Positions 52,315 through 64,000 of a stretch of 64,000 nt of DNA are shown here, piece by piece. Position numbers and translations under genes: made by a program. Within the stretch, counting starts at the first letter, position 1, and every line of letters begins with the position of its first letter. Under the pieces are notes generated by a model. The model made no database searches. It worked only from the letters and a program-made list of their open reading frames with translations, and was not told where the DNA came from. This DNA is from Blasia pusilla (Eukaryota): the NCBI GenBank assembly GCA_050084515.1, contig CM114271.1, positions 43,710,001-43,774,000 of the forward strand. The letters are read 5' to 3'.

Positions 52315-54574
52315 TTACACATCCACAACAACTTCACTTGGGTCTAAAACATCTAAATTTACACGGACCTCTGGTGGAATTTCTATCTCATAAAAATATC
52401 TCTCAGGATTGGCATACACATACCTAAAGTGTGCAGAATTCTTCCAAAGAACTATAGATTCAACCAACAAAACTGCACAATCATCTATTTCCCCCTCTAA
52501 GGCAATCCTAAGAACAACAACCAAATGCTTTGTCAATAATCTATTCCTACTTTTAGTCTTAATCACATTCTGCACAGAGAAGGCTCTCTCGCAAATAGCA
52601 ATACTAACACATTGTACCCTAGCAATGTTGGCTAAAATGAGCAAGTTAGAGAACTTACATTGCAAGGGCGGGCTCCAACTTACCATAGCCCACAAGTCCT
52701 TGAAGTTTTGATCTTTCCACTCCGTGGTGGCCATGAGCTTAAATGATTGAAACTCTTGTTTCACGGTTGCTACACTCAGTAAAGAAGGTTGCAAGTGACC
52801 ATTGAAGGGTAAGTCCATCCCAAAATGTGCACAGAGATCATCTAATTTCTTACAACCCCAGCTATTCAGTCCCACTTGCCTTGAAGGCATGTGTAGAAGA
52901 TTCATTATTCTCATAGGACTAATCAAATTGTTATCCTTAAACCGATCTTGTAAAGCTACACAAACACTCTCAGAAAAATTCTTTTGAAACAACAAGGAAA
53001 CCTCTAAATCCTTCCCGGTCCGATTCATCAACATTTCAATACTATGAAACTTTCTGCCCCTAATCTCAGACTGTAAACATTTCAAATACCCATATGGAGG
53101 ACCAAAGTCTGGTAGAATCTGATAACCAGTTTCTTTAGAGAAAGTTGAGGCATTCAGATTAGGGTTCTCCATTACAAAATTCATTATTATGGAAGCTATT
53201 TCAGAAGTCACTATACTACCTATGGTACTATACGCCTACAAACTTATATTGGAACACCTTACTCAAGTTAGCAAGGAGAAACAAAATCTCTGCCAAAACG
53301 TATAGTTGATAGACCATCTGAAATGATCTGAGTTTGTTATACAAATTTGCACCATTACCATCATCTTTTGAGGGCGAGATATCTCTGAAATATGTAAGGA
53401 CAGATTCCAATGAGTCACATAAAGTAGTAAAAGCCTGCCAACGTGACAATCAGTGAATCTTGTGCTACCACTTTATCACTTTCTGAGAATCGTTCAACTT
53501 CTCTTGCAAAGTTGCAAGACCACACTTCCTCTTGGACGAACTTCTAAAATATCCAGCTACTGCATTCAAGATTGAATCTACTTCTATAGATATTTCCTTA
53601 CACCCTACACCTTTTGCTGCTGTTAAAGCAGCGAGGTTCGTCGTGTGCGCCACACAATGCACAGACAACATAAAAGGATTCAACTTTTGTTTAAGTTGAC
53701 ATGGTACTCCATTTTGGCTTCCTACCATAGTAGAAGCTCCATCAGATCCAAAGGCCACCAATTTTCATCCCTCTAGTCCCGAATCCTTTATCAACTCCAA
53801 CAAATTGTAAGTGATTGCATTTGAACATTTCTAGGGACATTGTAGCAATCCTATAAAACAACTCTCTACATGGCCCTCATTTAAGTAAGTTGCAAATACA
53901 ACAAGGTGTCTAGTGACAGATATATCTGTGGACTCGTCAATCATTATCCCAAAGAAAGGAGATTGTTGCACTTTAGAAAGGTTCCTCCTGAGAAGAACCT
54001 GGCTAATATAATAACACATATCAACACAACTTTTTTCATCTTGGTACAAGTCACGAGTTATAGGTGCATTCACAGAAATCAATAACTTACACAGATTTGA
54101 GAACTTTGAAAATGGCAAGGCTTCCTTTGCAACAAAATATGCATATTTGAACAGAGTCAAAAGTGCAAGATCACAAGTCCGATTTGTAGTGGCTATAGCC
54201 TTGGCCATGGATCTGTTCCCCACATTCGCAGCCCATGCAAGCTTCATGTGCTCATTCGACTTACCATGATCTGGGAAGGCCGAAACCTTACAATTGATGG
54301 CACCATCCCTAGCAAAGGAGCTTTTCTCCTTACCCTGTCTACAAACTTTGCAAAAAATCCGACCAGATTCTACATGCAATTCTATCCAATCGAACAAAGT
54401 ATACCAAACATCCTTCCAAGCCAATCTGTTTTTTTCACTCTGACTTATCGGAGGAGTATTCGATTTGTCCCCTTCTCTCCCATTTGATGATCTTGACCTA
54501 CTATTCTCCTTTGCAAAGTCTTGACCAACTTTCTTGTGTAGCACCTCATTCATAGTTTGCTGTCTCTTAGCCAT
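52315..54574 (-). mobile_element. hAT-superfamily (ZNF862/DUF4371-like) transposase pseudogene; element ends not resolved
   Basis: TTF-type zinc finger (WYTLFDWI..FCKVC..DHGKSNEH), FGIMIDESTD, FGSDGASTMVG, HCVAH, RW and hAT dimerisation CERAFS..NVIKTKSRNRL; internal stops at ~53831, ~53465 and ~53228. Confidence 0.85.
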
Positions 54575-55520
54575 GTAGAGGCTCAGAGAGTGCAGTACTA
54601 TGACGTAGATACTAAAATATGGTGTAAAGGACCTACTATATTCTAAGTGCAATTTTCCTGAAACTGTTGTGCACTTCACTAAAGTAACCCAAACCCGCGA
54701 TCCCTAATGCCCTACCCAAGGCTCCACCTAAGTAAAACTCTAAGCAAAGTTGTGCAAGCTGCGCAACATAAAATTGTCACTTAGTAGGTGCTAAAGAAAC
54801 AATGAAGCTCAAGAAAATGCGGATCTGAAAAGTACTTAAACCCCAAGACTTGGCAAAAGATACTATCAGCCAATTCAATGTGTTATCAAACACACCTCAT
54901 TCCCTAAGGTCCCTAATCCCAACTCGGATTCATGTACATTCAGAGTTTAGAAACCACAGCTACTGATACTCAAGTAGCAATGAAGAGCACAAAGGCACAA
55001 ACACGAAGACTTCAAAGTTCAAACACTGCAACAGGTTAGTGGAGCTTCAAATTTCTACCAGTCGGAGTCCCCGAGTGTGCAGCTCAAGCGCAGCCGAGAC
55101 TCCACGAGCCAAGGAGACTCCACGAGCCAAGGAGACTCAAACGACAGCTCAAGTCGGGACTGGACCAGAGAAAAAAATGGTTGGACGAGTGCAAAATCGG
55201 AGTCTACGAAAAGAGCTTGGGCCTCGACGAAATCAGTAGCTGGTCAAAATCGGACCTATACAAGAGCAGCTTAGCAGCATGTAGCACAAGAGAGTTGGGC
55301 GGACTCGGGCCTGGACGAGTTATGGATTCAACTCAAGAGTCTCAAGTCAGTCTAGACGAGAGCATCTCGAGAGAGTCGAGCCTGCACGGGAGCTGATCAG
55401 GAGGAGTGCAACACACACTAGAGATTCGAGCCTGGAAAAAAAATGATAGCAAGAGCAAGAGCAGCATGCGCTTAAGTCTAGCGACTCGGGCCTGAAGGAA
55501 GTAAAGACCAAGCAGCAACG

Positions 55521-58500
55521 TATCACGTCTTTTAGGATAGATTGGTGAGATCTCGTATGAGTAGTGGAGGACATACTCAGTAGGTTGAGGATGACCCGTT
55601 GAGGCCGCGGGAAACCTGAGAGAGCAGGTTTCCCCTTCGTTTCGGCTCATTTGGAGCCATATTGAGGAACTTACTATTTTAGGTAAATACCATTTTGAGT
55701 ATATGATCGAATTTCTATTTTTGGTAAGTGACCCTTGACCTCCTACATCAGGTCAAGAGCCAAGGAGGTGACTTGGGAGAATAGGTTACCATGGAGAGAG
55801 TTTGGGAGAGGGGAGGGGTATACCTCAAGGAGAGGGAGCTTGAGAGCTCATTCTCTCTTTGTTGAACCTCTTGGCATGAGGCGGCGGAGCTATGGTCCCT
55901 TACCTTGTGAGTGTAACCCAAGCCTCTCATTAGGAGAGTGGGTTTGGTTTGACACGAGAGAGAGTGCACACCTTTGAGAGCTATGGTGTGAGATGGTGTA
56001 GAGAGAGATTGGATCTTACTTACAAAGAGAGAATGAGAGCTACAATGCAGGAGGTTGCTAGAGTTTCGCTGTGTTTGTAGGTTAGGGACCGTGTTCCCTG
56101 CTTCATGACTCATGGGAGTGCTCACGGGAGCAAGAGTCATTCAGTTTGCTATTTTCCTTTACCATTTTTTCGTACAGGAGAGTGGCGCATGGAAGTAGCT
56201 GCCCAAATGTTGGTAGAATTTGAGTGTGGGGGCGGATTACTCACGCCAGTGCTCTCGAGATCACCTTGTAGCTTTTTGATTTGTCTTTTCACAGGTTTTA
56301 CATTTTCTTTGGGAGAAATCAACACGGAAGCGCTGCCGAATTTTGTGTAGAAGAAAGAGACGTTGGGGTTTACGATAGTCCCCATCAGTTTTTATAGGAT
56401 TTTCTGATTGAAAATACTTTTTGACACCATCGTAGATTTTGAAGCTGTGCATGTTGTGCAATATATGGTGCACAATTTGGAGATGTGAGCAAAAAGTTAT
56501 GGCCAATTTTAGGGTAAAAATTGAAACCCTAAAGCAGCAGCTGACGTTGGCGACACCGTCACCGTCGACCATTGTCGCCGTCGCCGTCGCCATTGACCAG
56601 GCCGTCAACCTGTCGCAAGGATGTCAACCCATCGTCTGGCCGTCAACCCGTCGCCAGGACGTCAACCCGTCGCCAGGACGTCAACCCGTCGCCAGGACGT
56701 CAACCCGTCGCCAGGCCGTCAACCCTTCGCCAAGACGTCAACCCTTCGCCAGGCCGTCAACCCTTCGCCAGTACGTCAACCCTTGGCCAGGCCGTCAACC
56801 CTTTGCCAGGCCCTTCAACCCATCAACTGGCCCATTACTCGTCAAGCTGCCGTCGACCGACTGGGGTACTACTCTCGACGACGTGTGACCCAGTGATTTA
56901 TGGGGTCCGAGTTTTCTAGCTGCATTACTATGTTTTGAGTTGGTAGTCACTCCACAAAGATCTAGTTTTGTGACGTGATGCCCGTAGCCGCAACGCGCCG
57001 CCGATTGCCGCGCCGTGCTGCTCGTGGCCGCACCGCACCGTCTCGATCGCAGAGCCGCACCGTCATTATGGAGCGATCAAGTGTTGTTGTTTGAGATGGG
57101 GTTGCACTATAGCAACCACCGATATCCGCACCGGAGAGTCCTATCGTAGTCACGATGGAGACTTCGGAGCCAGATATGGGCCCTAAGTTAACAACAGGAG
57201 AGCGGCGCCGAATACATCAGTTCCTCAGGAGTTATAGGAACTGCTTTGCGTTTAGCATTGAGGATTTAGGTACGCTGAAGGGACCGGGGATCCGCATTGA
57301 GTTGTCAAGTGATACGTCGATCTTACGACAACCCTACAGGTTCAGTGATATGGAGAGGGCTCTCATTCAGAGTAGGAGCCAGGACTTGGTTGGAGTAGGA
57401 CTAGTGGAGATGTCGCATGGGGAGTATGCATCTGCCACTGTCATGCCTGCCAAGAAGGATGTGCATGGCAATTGGACGGAAAGGCGTATGTGTGGGGATT
57501 ACCGACCTATCAATCGGCAGACAAAGTCCGATAGGTATGCCATGCCCACCCCTGAGAAGATCTTTGATGCGATTGGTCATGCAAAGGTTTTCAGTTCATT
57601 GGATTTGCGAGCTGGATACCATCAACTGCCTACTAGATTGGAGGACAGGTAGAAGACGGAATTTTGGGGCATCGATCCTCACGGAAAGGATTATTTGTAC
57701 CAGTGGCGGTTCTTACCATTTGGGTTAAAGAATGCCCCGGATGAGTTTCAGAGGGTCATGAATAGGATCTTGGCTGGTTTGGATTTTGCTAGGTGTTATA
57801 TTGATGACATCGTAGTCTTTAGTGCCACGGTTGAGGAGCATGAGTGACATCTAGAGGAGGTGTTTCGACGATTGCAATTACATGGGCTGAAGCTACATCC
57901 AAGCAAGTGCAAGTTCTTCTACGACTTGATTGAGTACTTGGGTCATACGAAATACCCAAGGGGCCTTGGTGTTCAGTAGACAAAGGTAGAGGCTATCTCA
58001 CGCATTCCACGCCCTACAGATGTGAGCCGTGTTCGCGCATTCATGGGATTGGCAAACTTCTATTGGCGGTATGTCAAGGGATTCAGTTCGATTGCGAAGC
58101 CGCTGACCTTGCTGACCAAGGTGGATCACGAGTGGCACTTGGGGATGAGCAGGAGTGAGCATTTCAGTTGCTCAAGGACAAGTTGACGTCCGCGCCGATC
58201 TTGAGGAGACCGATCAAGGGGCATCCTTTCCAGTTGCACACAGATTGGAGCATGTTGGGGCTTGGAGCGGTGCTCACCCAACATGATGATGAGGGTAGAG
58301 AGCTCGTGGTGGCTTACGCTAGCCGCTCAAACAATGCTGCAGAGGCAAAGTATAGCTCGTATGAGGATGAATGCTTGGCTACGGTATGGGCTGTCGCACA
58401 TTTCAACTGTTACTTATTCGGCAATTCCTTTACCATCATCATTGATCCTCAACCACTGAAGTGGTTGATAGAGTCCGACAAGCTTATAGGGAAGCTTGCG

Positions 58501-60259
58501 AGATGGGCTCTGTTGTTGCAGGAGTATGATTTTCATGTGGTACATAGACCTGAGACGCTCAACCAAGATGCAGATGGGTTGAGTCGTAACCCATGACCGA
58601 GTCAACGAGATGCGATTGGAGCTCGATGGCATGGAGAGAGTGATGAGGAGTCAGTGCCAGGATGGCACGTGTCATCCTATTTAGGCATATTGGCTATGGA
58701 GAGCCAGAGTGTGGAGACTTCGATGGCGAGATCTAGTGGAGAGTCTTTGGATCCCGTGGCCAGTGAGGAGACGACAGATGGCCGAAATATTCATGATGAT
58801 GGAGTAGTCTTGGCGTACCTTCGGACTGGCAGCGTTGCGAGCACCGTGGGTGCTAGAGAGCGGGACCGGATCCTACAGAGGGCCAGACGGTTCGGTCGGG
58901 AGGGGACACATGTTTTGAGGGTTTGGGAGGATGGCAGAGTACGCGTAGTGCCGCATCCTTCGCAGAGACCACGACTAGTGCTGCATGCCCACAAGGAGTT
59001 GGGTCACTTTGGGGTGAAGCGGACGTACAACTTGCTCCAGATTTAGTATTGGTGGCGAGGCATGCAGATTGACGTTTAGTAGTTTGTTGCCACGTGCATG
59101 GTGTGTGATCGGGTCTGAGCATCGTTCAATGCTCTGACTCCACAGTTGCATCCATTACCGATCATGGGCTTAGGGTATAGATAGAGTTTGGATTTTGCAG
59201 GACCTTTGCCTTTGACAGAGCGTCATAGTCGTTATGTGTTGGTGATGGTCGAGCACTTCTCAAAGTGGATCGAGTTGGTTGCATTGCCTGACAAAGCAAG
59301 CGAGGGAGTAGCTTAAGCCTTCCTTGACAAAGTGCTGAGTCATTATGGCGCACCGGCCGAGGTGTTGACAGACTAGGGTACCGAGTTTCGTGGTGAGTTC
59401 TAGGCCTTGTGTGATCAGGCATTGATCGACCATAGCACGACTTTGCGAGATCATCCCAAGGCGGATGGATTAGCGAAGAGAGTTGTGTAGACGGTGAAGA
59501 GGGGTTTACGTAAGTATGGCTTGCATAGAGGTCACCTAGGAGATTGGGACGTCCAGTTGCCCTGGTTGGCGATGGGATACATATTCAACAGGCAAGCATC
59601 CTTAGTGTCTTTTTCACCATACTTGCTACTTTATGGCCGAGAGCCAGATTTACCTGCGGCCATTCGTCGAGATGCTGGTGAGGTGCTGGACCTTGATGAC
59701 CCAGATATATGGATGCAAGCATGTTCTCAAAGGGATGAGTTGTTTCGGAGAGTGATGCCCATGGCGTTCGAGAAACTTATTGAGTAACTTACTATTTTAG
59801 GTAAGTACCATTTTGAGTAGATGATCGACTTTCTATTTGGTAAGTGGCCCTTGACCTCCTACATCAGGTCAAGAGCCAAGGAGGTGACTTGGGAGAATAG
59901 GTTACCATGGAGAGAGTTTGGGAGAGGGAAGGGGTATACCTCAAGGAGAGAGAGCTCATTCTCTCTTTGTTGAACCTCTTGGCATGAGGCGGCGGAGCTA
60001 TAGTCCCTTGCCTTGTGAGTGTAACCCAAGCCCCTGATTAGGAGAGTGGGTTTTGTTTGACATGAGAGAGAGTGCACACCTTTGAGAGATATGGTGTGAG
60101 ATGGTGTAGAGAAAGATTGGATCTTACTTTAATTGGAGATATTTTAGTAGTTCTTGTCTCGTTGTTTGGATGCCATGAGTTAGCATGGGATCGTGCGTGT
60201 TTGTGTGCGTGTTTGGTGACAGCGATGTATGTTGTGTAGCGATGTGTATGCGCACGACA
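55521..60259 (+). mobile_element. Internally deleted copy 'element C' of the element-B subfamily, inserted upstream of the hAT transposase
   Basis: TATCACG.. to ..GCACGACA with TSD AACG (55517-55520 / 60260-60263). A1 = 55521-56021, followed by PBS 56022-56037 (complement at 55847-55862). Gag/PR/DNMT are deleted at ~57065; RT-RH-IN spans ~57155-59775; a second deletion removes PHD, B1 and the start of A2; A2 remnant ~59786-60130; B2 = 60132-60259. Confidence 0.9.
56603..56830 (+). repeat. 19-bp minisatellite (CGTCAACCCGTCGCCAGGA, about 12 copies) in the 5' UTR of element C
   Basis: Direct reading; period 19. Confidence 0.9.
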
Positions 60260-62215
60260 AACGCAAAAACACGGAGGATAGAGTTGCAGTTAGCAAACAC
60301 CAACAAGCAGCGCCGCGAAGAGATGAAGGAGCGAGCAGAAGCAGCGCTTCACGAACGAGCGAGTCTCAGCAAAGAAGGGAGGCATGCAAATGGCCCTCCC
60401 TCGGACCCCCTTCTCGACTACCCCTTGGGCCCCTCGAACGCTCAGAGTCTCGAGTCCGAGACTAAAGACTCCTGACTTGGCGGCTTGACCTAAGATGGAG
60501 GGCCTCGATTTAATCCAAACTTTTTAGTTTACCGGCAGCCGATAACTGATGCGGCAACAAACCGGAACGACCTTTTTGACTGGCAGCCAAAATCCAGATA
60601 GAACGGCGCACTTCCGTCACATATATCCCGAGATTCTGCAGAAAACCGCCTTATCCCTTTCCGGCCAGCAGTTTGCCGGGATACCTCCAAGCCCTATCGG
60701 AATTGCATCCGGACTTCTCTGAATTTGCCCGGAATTCCCTCAATTTCCCCGGCTAGGTCAACACGTAACCCCGGTTCTGCCCGTTCATTGCCGCATATGA
60801 GTTTCTTATGGATTTGTGCCGGTCGGGTCACTCGCAAACCCCGGATCTCCCCGTTCATTCTTTCTTTCATGGTGCCAGGTTACCACCGTTCTCGGCGGCG
60901 ACGCCAACCGATAACGGTCGTGGGACTCTTAGCTATAGCCACGTGTTTGAGACATGGGCGAGCGGGTGAGATGATCGTGACGATCCCAGAGAATTCCCGT
61001 GACCGACACAATCTCGGTACCGTCGGAGCTTTCTGTGTTCCTTCGGAGTCGTCATTGGTCGATGCTCCACTTCCAGAAGACCGGGGCCCACCTCACCTCA
61101 TTACCGAGTAAAACCGGCCCCTGACTCCCTGAGTACGGGCCCACGGGGAGCAGGGTCTACAAAAGTAACCCTTATGATGGCTCGGGATAGTTTTGTCTTG
61201 CCGTACCTGTTAGAACTTAGAAACCCAGTCCGTTAAATAAATAAATAAAATGAATATTTTCATTTTATTTCTTCACCGCCGATTTAATTAATTTTCTTTG
61301 ATTGATTATGATTATTTCATGCGGATTAAAAAAACACCCGCATTTTGGAGAGAAATGTTGACGGGTCCAGGATAGCCGTTCCGACAGGAGTCACCCGACC
61401 AGACCGCCAATGGCGACGTACGGCCAAGTTAGTAAGTAGTTCCCTCACCAGGATCTCAGATTCCCGGCTATCGGACTCTATCCAAGGTCAGGGAATTAGG
61501 AGAGTGCTTAGCGCTGGAACTTGAGATTAGTCACTAATAATCGAGGAGTCGATCAGTCAGGGATGCCGTGAGGCCGCGAGTGAGTGAGGGTCCTGACTCC
61601 TGAGGGACTGAAGAACGAAGGTTGGGCTGCAAAGTGCGAGCAGCAAACAAGCGCGAGGGACGGCTTGCATGCGATAGACTCGTCAGGATTCCAGAAGCAG
61701 TCACGAGGCGGGCCGGCATAATTGCGCCTGCACTGACTGCATTGAAAGTGCGTACAAATCGAATTGGCTCACAAAATTCTGTAGCGAGCGACTGAGGCGA
61801 GCTCCCCCCTGCGTGGTGGGCCCCCGGACAATGGTATTCAAGAGGTACAGTAAAGGATTGGACATGGGCCCTCGTTCTGTCTGGTGACTCTGCAAAGTGA
61901 GTGGATGGATGGATGATAATGTACTTGCCAATCCGTTATTGCTTTCCGATATCTGCAAATCTCGTGCAATTACCTCTTAAGGATTGGAGGGGATTATGAA
62001 AGACGAATAGACAGTGCCATAGCGGAATTCGGTAAACAGTCATTCAGAAGCACGCTTTGTGCGTGTGCGATCAAGCGTACTTTACTTCCCCTGTTCTTGA
62101 GCTCACTCTCGATCGCATCCCTCTTGACAATTCCCAGCAGACACTCTCTGTTCCTGTCGTATCCCTACGACCCTAGACCCCTAGGTGAACGATGGTACTG
62201 TAAGAGAGAGAGAGA

Positions 62216-62879
62216 GAAGAAAGAATCTATGAACTAGTACCCGGCGTCTCTTTGCGACCATAGACCCGTGCCCTGGTTGGACGAGGAGATCTGCAGGAGT
62301 AAGAATCGATGTTAGTACCGCATGAGAGGGAAGGGATTCCCTCGTATGATGTTCCGGAGTGCCTACCATGTGTACTGTTAGTGCGGAGCCTGTAGTTGTC
62401 ATCCAAGAAATTCTCGACTAGCACAATTTCTTACAGGAGTTTTCAGCCCAAAGATCATAATGACTGACCAGAGAATGTAGGCTATACTAAATGTGACAAA
62501 AAGCCCTGGTGATCCCAGATTGGTAATTTCAGCATAGTTTGTTGCTTAATTTTGCACAAGTGACCAGACAGTTTCATCCCCAGCATCGCACAATGTGCAA
62601 GACTTTCATTGTGCTCCCATTCTGTTCTTTCCGCCATTCAAGGGAATAGCCCCTGTCCCGCACTTGAGCCAAGTTCAGAATCAGGGATTCCCCCGGACAC
62701 AGTTATTGAGCTGTGGTTTTTCAGGACACACACTCAGCTGGGAGAGATGTGATTATTTTGCTGATTCATCGCTGCCGTGTCCTGTGAGAGTACCTCCATC
62801 CTTGATCTCTGCTAGTTCAGGGTGTTCAGTAGAGAGAGGTTTCATTCTTGAAAAAATATTCTTTTTTGAGCTTCCTCAC

Positions 62880-62922
<43 letters not shown>

Positions 62923-63125
62923 CACTCATTAAGCAGTGCCTGTCGTAGCCTTCGGACCATCGGCTCCGTGCCCTGGTTGGACGGTGCTTGAGACTGGGAT
63001 GGGTGTAGAGAGAGGAAGAAGTGAAGAAGGTACCATATGAGGTATGAGAGACTGTACTCATTAAGTAGTACCTGTCGTTGCCTTGCGACCATAAACCCAG
63101 CGCCCTGGTTGGACGGTGCCTGAAG
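62216..63125 (-). repeat. Three dispersed copies of a ~75-80 bp motif adjoining GA microsatellites (~62225-62290, ~62920-62993, ~63050-63125)
   Basis: Shared plus-strand core GACCAT..(C)G(T/C)GCCCTGGTTGGACG in all three copies; (GA)n at 62884-62919. Confidence 0.75.
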
Positions 63126-63384
63126 AACACATACAGAGTAAGAGAAAGAGAGAGAGGGTAGTTCGGGTGCAGTCGACGAATAAAAGTGCAGGACAGGGTT
63201 ACTATTTGTCGTTTCCTTCTGTACACCCAGCTCGAAATAGTGAGATAGAAAGCAAATCGAGAGAATAGACACGGCTCATTTGCTTTTCTTCCGTTGGAGT
63301 GTGCGTGAGTGACAATCGTTGTCCTTCATCTTGTTGGATGAGGGCTCCGTCGCATTGCGTCCGTGCGAGAGAAAGAAGAAGTGA

Positions 63385-63456
63385 TTTCTAGTCCACGGAA
63401 AGCCAACTTGGCATATTGGACCCCTTCCACATATGTGGCATTTACATCGCATCCGA
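63385..63456 (-). mobile_element. Diverged 3'-tail fragment related to the 21303-21711 SINE
   Basis: TAGTCCACGGAAAGCC..GGACCCCTTCCACATATGTG..ACATCGCATCCGA aligns with 30630-30697. Confidence 0.75.
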
Positions 63457-64000
63457 GAGAGAGAGCAGTACACATTATCCAGCTAGAGGTCAAGGCAGTG
63501 TTTTCAATTTCTTCTATTCACCAGACGAGCTTGGACAACTACGTGGAGGGCTGGGCAGGAATGTGTTCCTGGGTCCATTTTGCCGGTCTCTCGTCGGCAG
63601 TTAATTCAGCTTATCTGTCGTGTCCACATTTTAGCTCATCCTGTCCTTCTCTGAGCGTCGATGCCTCAACAAACTGAGCTGATTAATCCCCTCGCTTTCT
63701 AAGTTTTTTTCCCTCCTCCTCTTTCTTATTCTCAGCGACGGAGCTCGGAAATTGGTTACGTGGTCAAAGATCCCGTGTCATTCTTTGCGGGGAAAACCCC
63801 GAGAAATCACCACACTCAATGCTAGCGTGATCACATAGTTCCCTCGGCGCTACGAGCTTTCGTTGCTTGTGCTTTTCTTCGTCCATTATAGGCTCACGAG
63901 AGCTCGATCCGCTTCCAACGACCTCAATGAGGAGCTTGCTAGTAGATGGTCTAGAGTCGTCACTACAGCAAAATGGAGCTGGTCTCAGCTACGAGTTTGC

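Noticed and set aside
56439-56919. Overlapping ORFs in three frames and a CRISPR-like appearance
   Set aside because: Artefact of a stop-free 19-bp tandem repeat with no unique spacers.
61200-62440. Possible additional LTR starting TGTTAG (61208) or TGTTGACGG (61356)
   Set aside because: No partner repeat, TSD or coding domains found within the window.

Overview
Eukaryotic nuclear DNA, most likely a bryophyte-grade or other early-diverging land plant (inferred from gene content and intron style; species not determinable). Four spliced host genes: the 3' end of an RmlD/MAT2B-like SDR gene, a GH35 beta-galactosidase (BGAL17-like), an OTUD6B/OTU5-like deubiquitinase and FANCE. They are separated by TE-rich blocks. 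The main feature is three decayed copies, from two subfamilies, of a Ty3/Gypsy-type retrotransposon: 18620-28742 (-) nested in 18317-36802 (+), and 55521-60259 (+). Each has a 4-bp TSD and TG..CA-type ends. The polyprotein carries a full C5 cytosine methyltransferase domain between protease and RT, and a PHD finger after a DDE integrase. The elements lack two ordinary LTRs. Their repeats are split as A1-internal-B1-NN-A2-B2, with a Tf1-like self-priming PBS after A1, a PPT-like tract before B1, and an ACA-NN-TGT junction inside the RT-defined LTR. This is what a two-LTR circle opened by integrase at an internal att site would look like (inference). Also present: hAT/ZNF862-like transposase relics, a tRNA-headed SINE family, a kinase relic and several tandem or inverted repeats. 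All coordinates were read by eye.
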